From positions 1 to 64,000 of the forward strand of contig CDROCS010001567.1 in NCBI GenBank assembly GCA_977020255.1: DNA of 64,000 bases. Direction: 5' to 3'. The translations under genes were made by a program, and so were the position numbers. Source of the stretch: Obrimoposthia wandeli (lineage: Eukaryota). The notes beneath the pieces are model-generated. The model made no database searches, was not told the DNA's origin, and saw only the letters and a list, made by a program, of their open reading frames with translations. The number at the start of each line of letters is the position of its first letter. Within the stretch, counting starts at the first letter, position 1. This document shows positions 24,401 through 37,384 of the stretch, piece by piece.

Positions 24401-27400
24401 AGGCGTAAATAAAACTAAGACCCAATGTTTTAAGGTTGCTCACTATCTGAATCTGTATCAGGACGTCAACCCATTTGCCGTGTTTTTGCAGGAAAATTTA
24501 TTAAAAATTTAAATAAATATCCAAATTTTTAATCTTAATTCGACAAAAAATATATTTACAGCTCTCTATTTAAGAGAATTTATTCATAATGCAAAAATCG
24601 AGACTGACCTTCGAAGAAGTTGTTGCCACCACCCTCTCGCTGAGGTTTGAGGACAAACTCGGAGGGGTTGGCCATAGCCTCAGCAACCTTATCGAGGTCC
24701 GTAAGCAAGAACTGCCCAGCGAATGTCTCTCCCAGCTCCTGGGCCACATGTGCGGGGACGTAGCGGCGCAGCAGAGAGAAGTCGCAGAGGGCCTGTTGCA
24801 CGAGCTTGGTGTTGACAAGCATCTGAGCCACGCTGGGACTCTTGATAGCCCGACTGCGTTCTAGCAACAACTTTGACTCCCAGATCTGAGCAAGACGCAA
24901 ATTGTAGTTCATAAATAATATAATCATACAGCAAATTATATCAATGATTATTTCATAATAAAATATGAAACTGGACAATTTAATATTGTTTGACATTATT
25001 TTCTTTAATTTGTTTAAATTTAATAAATGAATTAAATTAGGTTTCCTCGGAAAGTCAAAAATTTATTTAATTTTTTTTTTATCACCTTTGGGTCGGGCTT
25101 CATTCTTGATCTTTAGGCACGAAAAACATTACAAAAAATTAATTATTTGAATAAGACGCAATTTTTTTTGCGCCAAATGTGAAATTTTAAAAATGGCTTT
25201 TAAATAAAAAATAAAAATTTAAAAATGGCTTTTAAACAAAAAAAATTAAAATAAAATTGTTTACAAAATTTTTATAGTTTAAAAATAAAATTTTCCACAT
25301 AATTTTTATACTTTAGAATTAAAATTTTACACAGAATTTTTATACTTTAGAATTTTAAACTTATAAAAAGACGAATTGGATACAAATATTTATTAAACCA
25401 AAGAGAAAATTAGGTACAATAAATTTGTGACATATAAATTCAAACATACAAAAAACAATTATTCAAGTGAAAAATCATCTGGATATCTATGATGTCCGTA
25501 GACAACTGACCGGTTTTTCTCTACCCATTTTCTCTCATCGTCATTGCTACTCAATGCGATCTTACCAATACTGTGATAGGCAAGTTTAAGGATGAGAGTA
25601 AGCAATGTAGATTTAAGCAATGGGTATTTTTACGCTCCAAATCATATAGCTTAGAAACTATAGACGGAAAGTCCCAGATGAGAGCAAAGTGAATTAGCCT
25701 TAAGCAGACTGTGCTACGCCATGCGAATTATTTAGCTGCATATGAGAGTGGGGTTAGTGAACGAGTGCGACAACAACGCATTAGTTCAATTAATCACCAG
25801 CTCTATACCGTAAATATGAGTAAGATCGCATTGAGTAGCAATGACGATGAGAGAAAATGGGTAGAGAAAAACCGGTCAGTTGTCTACGGACATCATAGAT
25901 ATCCAGATGATTTTTCACTTGAATAATTGTTTTTTTGTATGTTTGAATTTATATGTCACAAATTTATTGTACCTAATTTTTTCTTTGGTTTAATAAATAT
26001 TTGTATCCAATTCGTCTTTTTCTAAGTTTAAAATTCTAAAGTATAAAAATTTTGTGTAAAATTTTAATTCTAAAGTATAAAAATTATGTGGAAAATTTTA
26101 TTTTTAAACTATAAAAATTTTGTAAACAATTTTATTTTAATTTTTAATTTTTTTTGTTTAAAATCCATTTTTTTAATTTTTTATTTTTTTTGTTTAAAAG
26201 CCATTTTGAAAATTTCAAATTTGGCGCAAAAAAATTGCGTCTTATTCAAATAATTAATTTTTTGTAATGTTTTTCGTGTCTAAAGATCAAGAATGAAGCC
26301 TGCCCCAAAGGGGCGGGCGGTGTGCGGTGTATGTTAGGGACTGGGTTGTGACACGGGTTGTCTACATGTGTAGTGGTGAGAGGTAAAGTGATACTGTAGC
26401 GCATGTTTTTGTAGTTATTTTCGCGAGAATGGAGCCCGCCCCAAAGGAGCGGGCGGTGGGTGGAGTGGTGNNNNNNNNNNNNNNNNNNNNNNNNNNNNNN
26501 NNNNNNNNNNNNNNNNNNNNNNNNNNNNNNNNNNNNNNNNNNNNNNNNNNNNNNNNNNNNNNNNNNNNNNNNNNNNNNNNNNNNNNNNNNNNNNNNNNNN
26601 NNNNNNNNNNNNNNNNNNNNNNNNNNNNNNNNNNNNNNNNNNNNNNNNNNNNNNNNNNNNNNNNNNNNNNNNNNNNNNNNACCACCACCAGCCTAACGCC
26701 CACCGACTTTTACCCAACACCCGTCGACTTTCCCCCATCACCCATCGACTTTCACCCAACACCCATCGTAGTTATTTTCGTGAGAATAGAGCCCGCCCCG
26801 AAGGGGCGGGTGGTTGTCGGTGGGTGTTTCCATCCAACACCCGCCGACTTTCACCCATCGCCCAAGGAAGTCTGTGATATACAGCAGTCCGAGACATTCG
26901 CCCATCACCCAAGGTAGTTAGTGATATATACGAGAGCGAGACATTCGCCCATCACCCAAGGTAGTTAGTGATATACACGAGAGCGAGACATTCGCCCATC
27001 ACTCAAGGTAGTTAGTGACATATACGAGTCCCGAGCCCTTCGCGCCGATAGGCGCGAAAAAAATGTTGGGATCCCCCCCTTGTACTTTAAAACCGTGCCT
27101 GTGTGTGGAGTGAAATTTCACTCCACACACCTACACGAAATTTCACTCCACACACATGCACGGTTTTAAAGGACAAGGGGGTGTGGATTAGACTGGACAC
27201 ATCCACCTACTGGTTTGTTTGGAATGAGTTTAACCTTAGTAGCATTGTCAATAGGAAACTCACCTTCTCACTGTAGAAATGATCCGGAACATAGCCATGA
27301 CGGAAATAAACAACGGCCACTTCTTGCTCGTTGCTGGACAGAAACATAACCCAAGTTATAGCGGCAACATAGGATAAGAAGATATGTAGAAGCAAATCTG

Positions 27401-30400
27401 GTGCATTGGGTGTAGTATCCCTTTATCATCCGTTTAACCCACTGCACTGATCATTTCTTATGATTTTATCTGAAGTTTATTCGTGATAATATTTAAAGTA
27501 ATACAATTTAACTAAATTTATGTTGTATGTTGGACTATAAAACGCGGCTTCTTTTCTCTATCTAGAGCTTTAAGCTTCACTGCGTCTTATATATGAATTT
27601 TCAAACAAATTTTAGTAATGATCAGAATGTTTTATAATTATATATTTGAATCTAACGAGGGAAATTCTGCACGTCGGCGCTATTGAGTTAATATGATGAA
27701 ATTGTCCTTTTCCCTATGACAACGGTTACATTCCTTGACGGAGATGGTTCATTCTTCTCAAAATCCACCATTACATATCTAATATTTTTTTATAATTGGC
27801 GCAAATTATATTTAATACCAACAGAGGTTTTTCTTTTTATAAGGTTACAAAGAGCATTCCTTTGAATTTGAATGGGAAAAGTTTTAATTAAAATATGGAT
27901 CTATTGGCTTTTTCTGAACCGATGAAATGTCTGTAGGTAGTAAATTTCAAGGTCTCAAATTGCTCAGTGGCTCATGAGTCATTAATTATTGTTTCTTAAT
28001 AGCATTTAGAGAAATTTTAGCTTTCTTTATTTTTATCTTTTAGTGACATTTTTGAAAGTCATCTCTGAAAGACATTCCGAATCTCTGCATCACCAACACT
28101 GGGATCAAAGTGCCCGGAAATTCTTTCCAGTAGAAAATAGGTCAAAATGAATGCAGTGAAGAAAACATTTGACAGTGCAGACCTCAAAAATGAATCGCTT
28201 TCTACAACATGATCTTTTTTTCTTCGGCCGTCGCTGTCAAGACGAAACCAGGCTACAAATGGACTTGGAACAATACCTACTCGGCTTACTTACCACAGTT
28301 CTTTCGCGCAATGCCACACTTGTGAGGGTAAATCAAGTGCAGAAATCTCATTAAAATTGTAATTATTATCTGATTACAAATTATTTAAACGGTATGTGTA
28401 TTAAAATAAAAAGAATATTATCCCATTAGAGATCGCTGTTGCATATAGGCATGAAGTCATTATCAATCTCTCGAAAATGCAAATTCCTACACTTCATACA
28501 ATTTAATTAAATTGTGAGTATTCGTTTGTTAGATGAAAAGAAACAAAAAATATCAACTGTGACTACTCAGTAAGTTTTAGGGAAATTAACAATGGTGGCC
28601 TTTATAAATCATAATGGAGTATTAGGGTTTAGATGACTGATTTATTTTGTGTGTTGAATACTGTAACTTACATCCAGAGCGTCTTGTTGTCGTCAAGATG
28701 ACCTTGTTCAAGACATTCTTCGAAGGTGTGTCGTAGCACAATGACCTGGGGATTCTGCTCGTAAATGGCGAGCTCGAGGACACGCTGATCAAACACGTTG
28801 CGCTCCGAACTGGAAACTACGAACAAAATGACCGCAATATCTATGTTGTAAACCTTCCACGCACAGAGAAGACCTTTAGCAAGACCATCGGCAGGGTTGT
28901 TGCATGGGATCTGCATCAGGTAGATGATGTATTGATCAGAAATTATCCTGCTAGAAAAAGAATGGAACATATTTAACATTAAATCGTGTTCCAATAACTC
29001 CTTATATTTACACGTTTTTCTAAAATTACATAACGCGTTTCTTTAAAATAGAAAATGTTGTGTTATATCAAAGGAAGTTTTACATAGCCTGGATAATCTC
29101 CCGTTCTCAGTTATATTGAAAACATTTGGGGTGTTTTGAAAGATAAGTTGGAGAAATCTTTCGGTTGATTACTGCAGATCAATGGCCCAGCGAATCGTAG
29201 GTGTTCTCAAAACAAAAGGAGGGCCAACAAAAAATTAACTGTTTGTTTATTATTTTTCAGTAAATTGTCTACACCAGATCCACTTTGGTCCTTTTAAGGG
29301 ATTATTTTATAGAATCTGTTTGCGAGCATTGAGGTCAGTAATAGAAACGTATTTTGAAATTTATATTTATTAAGAATTATTAAGCAAACTTAAATTTAAA
29401 TCAAAAGTATAAGTTGAAATTGAAACCTAAGCCCAGCCTGTGATCTATGGATGATCCACGCTGGGCTCAATCGGGGAGGGTGTTCTGAGTTGATGATGGA
29501 GAAAGTACACTTTACACTACAGATAAACAAGTGAGTAAAAAAGTAAACTCAAAGTAGATCTACAAATATATTTGAAAACAACAAGTACTAAAATATAAAA
29601 TGTGCAAAAATACTTCAAATCGGAAAAGATTCTAATAAAATGTATTGTACTCATTAACAGTAATCCTAAAAAGTGAATGTAATTTATTATCAGTCAAATT
29701 ATTGTAGTTCCATCGTTTGAATATAATATATGATTAAGTTTACTATGTCATTAAGAACAATTAATGTTATTAGAATTGTTTACTTTTGGGGTGCGATTTA
29801 TTCGGTCATGCACCTCTAACCTGGTTGTCGTGGAAATCGAGCCCGGTCATGTGGGAAGTGAGTCTATGCATGGGCACCAATCGCTGAGCGAGTCCCGCAA
29901 AACTGGAGGCCATGAGATTGTACTCGATCATCTTGAGCGATACGCCAGGGCAACCCTTCACCTTACTCCAGTCGTCGGAGAATCTCCGGCATTCTGGTGG
30001 CACGTGTATCATATAGTCGTTTCTCGTCAAACTCAGGAAAACCGGCTGCATGTGTGGAGACTTACTTTATACACGTTTAAATTGGAATAAATCAAACCAT
30101 ATACATTATCAGCCAATACAAATAATACATTCGATAACTAAAGTCAAAATAATACAATAGAACATAAGGAATATTAACACTAAAGCGTTTAATCAGTTTT
30201 GTAAACAGACTAACAGTGGAATGAAATATACCCAAGTAGATGTGCCTTTGATATTTTGCTCGCCAAATGTTCTCTCAAGACAAATATTTAAATCATATGT
30301 ATCGCATTGGGAATATTGAAAAACGAATAGTACAAGTGATTAATAAAATGACATTCAAAATATAAACACTAGAACTACCAAGCAGTCAAAATGACTGCTT

Positions 30401-33400
30401 TTTATTTTTCAGACATTTGTAGCTCATAAATTACTATTGCTGGATACTTGAAATTTAATGACTTTTAATATAATGAGACACATAATGATGGTGTCAAATA
30501 TCATTTAAATCGATTTCATAGTGTTAGAGATAGAGCTTTCCCTTACACGAACCCTTTGACTGCCTGGTAGTTTTTAATGCGTGGTAGTTCTAGTGTTAAG
30601 GAAATTGAATGATTAATTTTAATTGATAAATTAATTTGATGAGTTATGTTTTCTATCGTAGACATAATTCAAGACTTAGATTTCACAACACAATTTATAT
30701 TCTGATTATTAAAAATCAGTTCTTAAACAAACTTATGAAAGTATGATAATTCCGGTTTCTCATTACATAACTTTCCCCTTCACAAATCAAATGTACACTT
30801 CTTCAGCCATTCGATTCTCCTGGGAAGTATTCCTCTTGGAAACTGAATTGATACCTGTCGTGGACTCAAGAATTCTATTATTCTATATGGGCCTTCAAAC
30901 TGGTCACTTTCCTTGCTTATTTTAATTGGGTCCTTTTTAACAAGCACTTTCATTTATCCTTTCCCCTCTTCTTTCATTGTCTAACTTCTTTAATTTTTCA
31001 GCAGCGATTTGTTGGTTCTTCCTTACGTCTTGAATGATATCTTCTTTATTGTTTGTTGTTGTATTTGATGCTTGAATTGTTATTTTTCTTCCATAAATGA
31101 CCTCAAACGGTGAATGTTTTGAGGAACTATTTACTGTTGCATTTATAGCAAATTCAATTTGTGACAATAAATCGTGCCAACATTTCCCTGATTTAGTGGA
31201 CGCTATTGTCGTTACAATCATATCTCTTACCGTGCGTATAATTCTTTCTGCTAGACCGTTAGCTTGGTGTTGATAAGGTGCTGTAAGCTCTTGTTCAATA
31301 CCAAATTTTCCTAGCCAATTCTGAAAATAATTTCCAGTAAATATTCGTCCTCTATCTGTTAAAATACTCTTAGGTTTTCCAAATTTATATATCCAATTTG
31401 TCTCGAGGACTTTAGTAATTGTTATCTTGTCTTCTTTCGAGGTTGCTGATAGTGATGCTAAATTGATCGATTACTATCAACATATATTTCTTTTTAGATC
31501 TTCCTTCCTTTATGTGAGCTATATCGACAACTATTTGATCTAAAAATATCTTTGATTATAGGAATATATATTTCTTTTATTCTGCTTGTATCAATTGTTC
31601 TTTTGGCACAGTAAACGCCTTTTGATATAAATTCTTTTATTTCTTGAAACATTCCTTTTAAATAGAAGTTATCTTTCATATAGTTATAAACTTTTTGTAT
31701 TCCTAGGTGACAAAGATATTGGTGAATTTCATTAGCGTTCTTCGAATGTATGACAATTAAATCTGTAAAATTTTGTTCTAAATAAAGGATATCCTCGCAG
31801 AGTTTAAGTTTCTCTCTTATCTGATAAATCCAACTTATTTTGCATTCTTCTGATAAATCCTTACTTTCTAGTTGGAGGAAAACTTTCATTTCTTTTACAT
31901 GAATATATTCTTGTTGTATTTTTCTTATATTACTAAAGAAGTTGTCTTCATTTAGTGAGTTAATATATCGTATTTTAGATATTGTGCATCTATATATCTA
32001 GTTTCACACTGAGCATATACTGTTTCATTTAATCTTGACATACCATCGGCATTACCATGGTCAATACCTTTACGATATTCTAACTCAAAATTAAATTCTG
32101 ATAAATTTGCCAGCCATGTTTGAAATTGAAGACTGATTGGGTGTTTTTCGTCGTTCTTAAAATCACTAATGCTTTATGATCTGATCTTGCCTAAAATTCC
32201 GTTCATTATAAATATTGTTTGATATGCATAATAAATTCATGTACTGCTAAAAGTTCTTTTCTGATAACACAATATCCTTTCTCATGGGGAGTCAGATGTA
32301 TATAAGCGTATGCAATCACTTTTTCGTTTCTCATTTCATCCAGTTGGCTCAATACTGCCCAAATCGCACCAAAGCTTGCGTCTGTATCAATTATAAATTT
32401 TCTATTTCACCGGGAAAAATCTAATATGGGAGCTGTTGTTAATATTTCTTTCGGGAGTGCAAAAGTTGTTTTACAATTCGGTGACCATTGTAATGACTTA
32501 TTATCTCCGGACCCCGCTGCATATAGTGGAGCTACAGTATTTGCATAATCTTTAATAAATCGTCGATAATAGATTGTCTTTCCTAAAAATTATTTTAGTT
32601 TTCCGCTACAATCTGGTTCTTTTAAATTTTTAATTTCGTTGACTTTCAACTGATTTGTATGTATTCCGCTTTCTGTTATGGTATGACCTAGGAATTTTAA
32701 CTGTTTCTGGCCAATAAAGCATTTATTAGGGTTTATTTTGGGACCTACCGCTACAATTCTTTTGAATACTTCTCTTAATAATTTATAATGTTTTCTTGGT
32801 TGTTACTATAAACAAGGATATCATCCAGATATACAATTGTTCCTTTGAACAACAAACCATTCAATATTGTATGCATCAAACTCTGGATTGTTGTGGGTGC
32901 TGTAGCCAACCCAAATAACAATCCAGCTTCTTTGGACAACAGCAACTCAAATGCATCCCCAATATTAATCTGATTTGAGTCAACCCATTCTCCTATATCC
33001 TTTAACCATTGTTCACCTTCCATCGTATCTTCTTATGTTATAGTGGAACATAATTATTTGTTCCTTAGGCATAATCTCGAGAATATTCTTCTTTGATTGA
33101 CATCTCGTCACTATATTTATTTCGGCGTGGTCACCAGTTAAGTTTTCTATCGTAGAAATAATTCAAGACTTAGATTACACAACACAATTTATATTCTGAA
33201 TATTAAATATCAGTTCTTAAACAAATTATCGAAAGTAAGATAATTCCGGTTTCTGATTACATAACTGGATTAATTACTTCAATATTATATAAAACACAGT
33301 AACCAATGTAATTCATATATTATACAAATTAGCAATATTTATGGGTCAAATATAGTAATAATGCACACAAAACTCATCCAAAACTGTGCTAATAATCTCA

Positions 33401-33808
33401 CCTGAATAAGACCATCTTTCTCAACTGTTTCATATATCTGCCACAGATGCCTCATATAATCGTCGGTAACAATAACCCTATCATAAAAATTATTAAATAA
33501 TTAAATTCTAACAAACCTCTCCAATATTTTGTGCAAAACTTTGTAATCTCGAGATATTTTATTAAACAAGATATTAAAATCCTTTTGGATTCTAACTGCA
33601 TACTGAAAATGGTAATCCGGAAAATTGCTCGGCAGTATAGTTACGGGTGCATTTTGAACAGATTGAAGATCAGGCTTTTTTATCAACAATCCTGTAAAAT
33701 AATTAAAAGTATTTTGTCAAACTACTTACCATTTAAAACAGCTAAATCCTTTGCAATGTCATTTATTCGATCATTGTTTTTGATTATCATCGAATTTCTT
33801 AAATCCAT
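21415..33808 (-). CDS. GSS: Glutathione synthetase, 9 exons, 479 aa
   Basis: Exons 33808-33730, 33691-33517, 33477-33402, 30045-29821, 28910-28672, 27333-27264, 24885-24609, 24371-24197, 21538-21415. All introns are GT-AG, phases are consistent, and the total is 1440 nt. Motifs: APVTILPS, LTRNDYM, ERNVFDQR, EVAVVYFRHGY, FVLKPQREGGGNN, SELGIFG, GHILRSK, EGGVAAGFGYIDSP. Confidence 0.96.
22270..23150 (+). mobile_element. Mariner transposase remnant
   Basis: N-terminal EFRNVIRFLLLK; C-terminal LHDNAPFHTA and LHHPPYSEDIGP (a degenerate HPPYSPDLAP). Confidence 0.85.
25085..26311. repeat. Long inverted repeat (foldback); arms 25085-25565 and 25820-26311, spacer 254 bp
   Basis: The arms are reverse complements with few mismatches, e.g. 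TTCATTCTTGATCTTTAGGCACG vs CGTGTCTAAAGATCAAGAATGAA and CAATGCGATCTTAC vs GTAAGATCGCATTG. Confidence 0.95.
25567..25926 (+). pseudogene. C-terminal fragment of a Polinton/Maverick-type family-B DNA polymerase
   Basis: VIGKFKDE..FLRSKSY..RAK*(G)..INHQLYTVNMSKIALSSNDDER..VYGH matches the GKFKDE/LRxKxY/KAKG/ALSxxDDKR/YGH pattern; one in-frame stop. Confidence 0.8.
26312..27181. repeat. GC-rich subterminal repeats and terminal hairpin of the polB element
   Basis: Duplicated TAGTTATTTTCG.GAGAAT.GAGCCCGCCCC at ~26412 and ~26769; three 47-bp repeats at 26891/26938/26985; hairpin 27075-27181 with a perfect 30-bp palindrome at 27101-27130. Confidence 0.8.
26471..26680. other. Assembly gap (210 N)
   Basis: Run of N within the GC-rich repeat block. 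Confidence 1.
29090..29280 (+). mobile_element. Tc1-like transposase C-terminal remnant
   Basis: IENIWGVLKDKL and SMAQRIVGVLKTKGGPTK, the typical Tc1 C-terminus. Confidence 0.65.
30642..33266 (-). mobile_element. Internally deleted Gypsy element with paired 131-bp LTRs, inside GSS intron 3
   Basis: LTRs 30642-30772 and 33136-33266 with AGTTA..TAACT termini; TGG-initiated PBS (TGGTGACCACG) and PPT GAAGGGGAA on the minus strand; fragments of RT (VYLDDIL), RNase H and integrase (LTDRGRIF, PYQHQANGLAER); gag absent. Confidence 0.9.
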
Positions 33809-35180
33809 TAAAAAAATTGAGTAAGACAAAAAATATAATTTTTACAACTATTTTTTATCTATGAACTATGAACTTTTCCAAAAATTTAATATAAAAAACT
33901 GTTTTGACCTTTAATCATTTCATTAAATAATTAACATATGATTTATGATATTAGAAAATCTATTATTTGTAACAAATAAAGGATTGATTACTTTAAAAGT
34001 TAAAAGTAAATGTAACAAAACATGTAATTAAATTAAATATTTGCGTCTTTGTATTTATGAATCAAATTTTAGTGTCACTATGGAATACCAAAAGTAGAAA
34101 AATAATTAAAATTTATATTTGAAATTAGAATTGTAGTTTGAGATTTAACATTAAAGCTCAACAAGATTAAACACATTATTATTACAAATTAATAAATTTC
34201 TAAATTAGTAATCATGTTAATGTTGCACATAGTTTTTTCTGTAGTCATTAAAAAATGTCTGAAAAAATATAATAATTATGTTATTGTTAGCCAGATGACA
34301 AATATAAATAAACCAATCATAAATTATAAATTGAATTATTAACAATATTAAAATAAAATTTTACATATAGGAAAATTACTGGTGTCCTGACATATACATA
34401 AGTATTTCCATGTACATTGACCGGTTATATAATATTGTGACTAATTTTAAATTTTCTGATTAATATATATAGAAAGTTAATATAATAAATTATTAGGTCA
34501 ACGATATTTTAGTTTTATTCTATATTGTTAGTATATAAGTAATTATTTTTCTTAAATTTCATATACAGTAAGTGAGACTTTCAGTTCATTTACTCTCTTC
34601 GAATGCTTTTCAAAAACCTAATTAATATTACTTTTGATTTGTTATAAATATGATATAATATTGCTCTTAATTGTATACTTTATATAAGTTATTAAATTAA
34701 TTAATTTTTACATGAAAATTCATCGGTTCAGTTTTTCTACTATATTAAATATAGTATATTTAGTGAAGACAGTTGATTTTTTGCTGAAACAGTTGTATTT
34801 AATTTAAAAAAACTGTAAATTTCTTTATTTATCAATATATTTTATGGTTTAATAAAGTACAACGTTGAAGTTCTATCAATATTTCTGATAAATGTATACT
34901 TCGCATTTGAATAAACTATTTCATTTTAAATTTAAAATTATTGGTCTCATCAGGTGGTTGACGAATAGTTATATCTGACTTCAAACTGGACGAACGCCCA
35001 AGAAGCTAGAGATAATTTTGCAGTACCATAAATAAAGATATAAGTACGGTGATGGAGTGTCTCCCTATTGGAAGTTTTTGATGGGAATATTTTAAGTATT
35101 AGGGGTAGTTTTTAAATAAATGAAAAACATTAAGAATTTTAACAGTAGATACTTTGATGGAGTCTAGACCACTGATGGGG

Positions 35181-35500
35181 TACCCCCTTGTGTGCGCACA
35201 CCATGTTAAAGCGTGTCACACCATAATGGTGTCACACCATGGGGGTATATGTTGACTCACCATATGGTGTCGTGCCACACTATAAGGGTCGGGCTCAGAA
35301 AGGTTATGAAGGTTTGAAGGTATGGTCGTGACCTTCTATAGATGGCCAACATACCCAAGGAGTTGTGATCATACATAGGTGAAAGAGTCGGACTCGAAGG
35401 TTTGAAGGTATAATTGAAGTCAACTATGGTTGACCAACACACCTAAAGTGAAAGGGTCGGACTCAGTTTTGACTTGAATGTTTGAAGGTATAATTAAAAA
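35181..35500. repeat. Terminal hairpin and subterminal repeats of a second polB element
   Basis: TACCCCC..GGGGGTA stem (35181-35247) enclosing the palindromes GTGTGCGCACAC and ACACCATAATGGTGT; three GAAGGTTTGAAGGTAT-type repeats at ~35308/35396/35476. Confidence 0.7.
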
Positions 35501-35696
35501 TTTTGAAAATTTATTTTAAACATTAACTTTAAAATGCCCGGGATATTTTTAATATTTAAAATTAATACTTTAAAACAAAATTTTGATTCTAAAATAAAGC
35601 AAAATATCATATGAATATTCTTTGTAAATAAGTATATAATAAATCAAAAGACATAAAAAAAAATCACACAAGAAATCAAATTATATTAAATCATCA

Positions 35697-35950
35697 AAGA
35701 GAATAATATCCCTACGCTAAACTCTTGTTTTTCTGAATCCAACAGAGTTTTTCATCCATTGAGCTTAGAGCAATTTTTGAAGATTGTATTGAATATAATT
35801 GATGGTTCACTGTTCCAATCTTTTTCTGAGGTATACTATGAGTTTTTCCATTTTCGTATACATCCAAATAAGTCTGGTGAACAACCATTGAATCTTTTAA
35901 ATTAACTCCTTTGGCCTTTTGTGTTTCGTCACCATCTTCAAATTTACTGC
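35697..35950 (-). pseudogene. Second family-B DNA polymerase C-terminal fragment
   Basis: QKAKGV..VNHQLYSIQSSKIALSSMDEK..WIQKNKSLA*G, homologous to 25567-25926. Confidence 0.8.
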
Positions 35951-36234
35951 TTATCATAAAGGTGATTAGAGAAGACCACGGGAATCCATATTGACCCCGA
36001 CGGCTTATCGCTGACGAGATTTCAAATAATATGTTCATGTGAATATATTACTACTATTTTTAAGAAAAAGTTTAGATTACCACATGTTTTTTTAAATATC
36101 TAGGTAAGTTTTATAAAAGAAAAAATAGGTCAGATCTATATAATTTAGAGGAGAAAAACAAAATATGAGTCAAAATACTTTTCAAAACATTTATTAAATC
36201 AAACATAAAACACCATATTGGCTTCACTCAAAGT

Positions 36235-36639
36235 TCAAAGAGGCTGCATTTTCCCGTCAACGGCAAAATATCCATTGAAACATATTGAGATATTCCATTG
36301 TTCTTCATCTAAAACTGGAGCAATAAAATATCCTAGATCATCTCTAAATGCCAGACTGGAATCAGTTTCAAGCTGGAAAGAATTTCCTTCATATACATAA
36401 TCAGGAATGTAAAATCCCAAAATATTTTTCAATTTATCAATATCAGATATTGTTAAAATTTCAGTGAAATATTTATTATCCACTTTTGATATTTTCACAG
36501 GATTCATAACTCGTATAATTTGATGCATCTTTAATATATTACATAGTTTTCCTTTTGAAATTCTTTCTGGATAATAAAAATCTCCTACATATCTCAGAAG
36601 AGGATCCATTCTAAAATAAGGAAACTGATTAAAAAACAA
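36235..36639 (-). CDS. Hypothetical ORF within the polB-associated block
   Basis: 134 open codons in very AT-rich DNA; co-oriented with the polB fragment; no recognised motif. Confidence 0.4.
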   Translation of the reverse strand: MFFNQFPYFRMDPLLRYVGDFYYPERISKGKLCNILKMHQIIRVMNPVKISKVDNKYFTEILTISDIDKLKNILGFYIPDYVYEGNSFQLETDSSLAFRDDLGYFIAPVLDEEQWNISICFNGYFAVDGKMQPL

Positions 36640-36719
36640 TGTTTATAAAAAAATACATATAAGAAACAAATATTATGATAAATAAAACTGATTATTAATT
36701 GCCAAATGAAAGAAAAAAG

Positions 36720-37201
36720 TTAAAACATAGGAATATGAGCACGATAAATATTCCACATAGGCAACTTTGTTCCAATTTCATCCTTCTTGTAACCATAAAG
36801 TCGAATTGTTACAGTCCATTGTTTCTTTTTCGGAGACGCATCAACATATATTTCTCTTCCATAATCATCTAGAAATGCTGCATCGGCTCCTCGGATATAA
36901 AATTCGTTCTTATTGAAAGTAAAATTTGGAACTGCCTTTTCAACTTTCTGATTAAGATATTGAAAATCTGTTTTTTGAATATTTGATAGATAATAGCTGA
37001 CTTTCTTCTTTCAATTGTCACAGGATTTACTAAAGCAATCAGTTGAGGCTTTTTTAAGAATCTGACTTTGTATTTGAAATATTGTTTCAATTCTTCATAC
37101 ATATTCTTATCCGATACTTTAAACATTTCTAAATCTTCGTCGCCGCTTAATATCCGTTGGATATCGTCCATCATTGATAATTGTCTTTGATATGAATGCA
37201 T
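36720..37201 (-). pseudogene. Hypothetical ORF within the polB-associated block (frameshifted)
   Basis: 110-aa ORF (MDDIQRILSGDEDLEMF..) that appears to continue after a frameshift (LDDYGREIYVDASP..); no recognised motif. Confidence 0.35.
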
Positions 37202-37384
37202 TTATTGTGATTTGTCCTCCAATGGCGCATTCTTTTATACTAATTTCTAACAAAGACATGAATCTCATTGGTTAATATAACTAAAGCATTGATTTTGATT
37301 GGACTAAATCCATATTAAAAATCAAAATTGATTGGAAGAAATATATCCTCCAATTATAATAGGTCTACAAAATAATTACAAGAA

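Noticed and set aside
26362-26917. ORFs spanning the N gap
   Set aside because: Artefacts of translating through unknown bases.
30046-30065. A 20-nt GT-AG micro-intron upstream of GSS exon 4
   Set aside because: The real upstream exon (33477-33402) supplies the missing residues in the correct phase.
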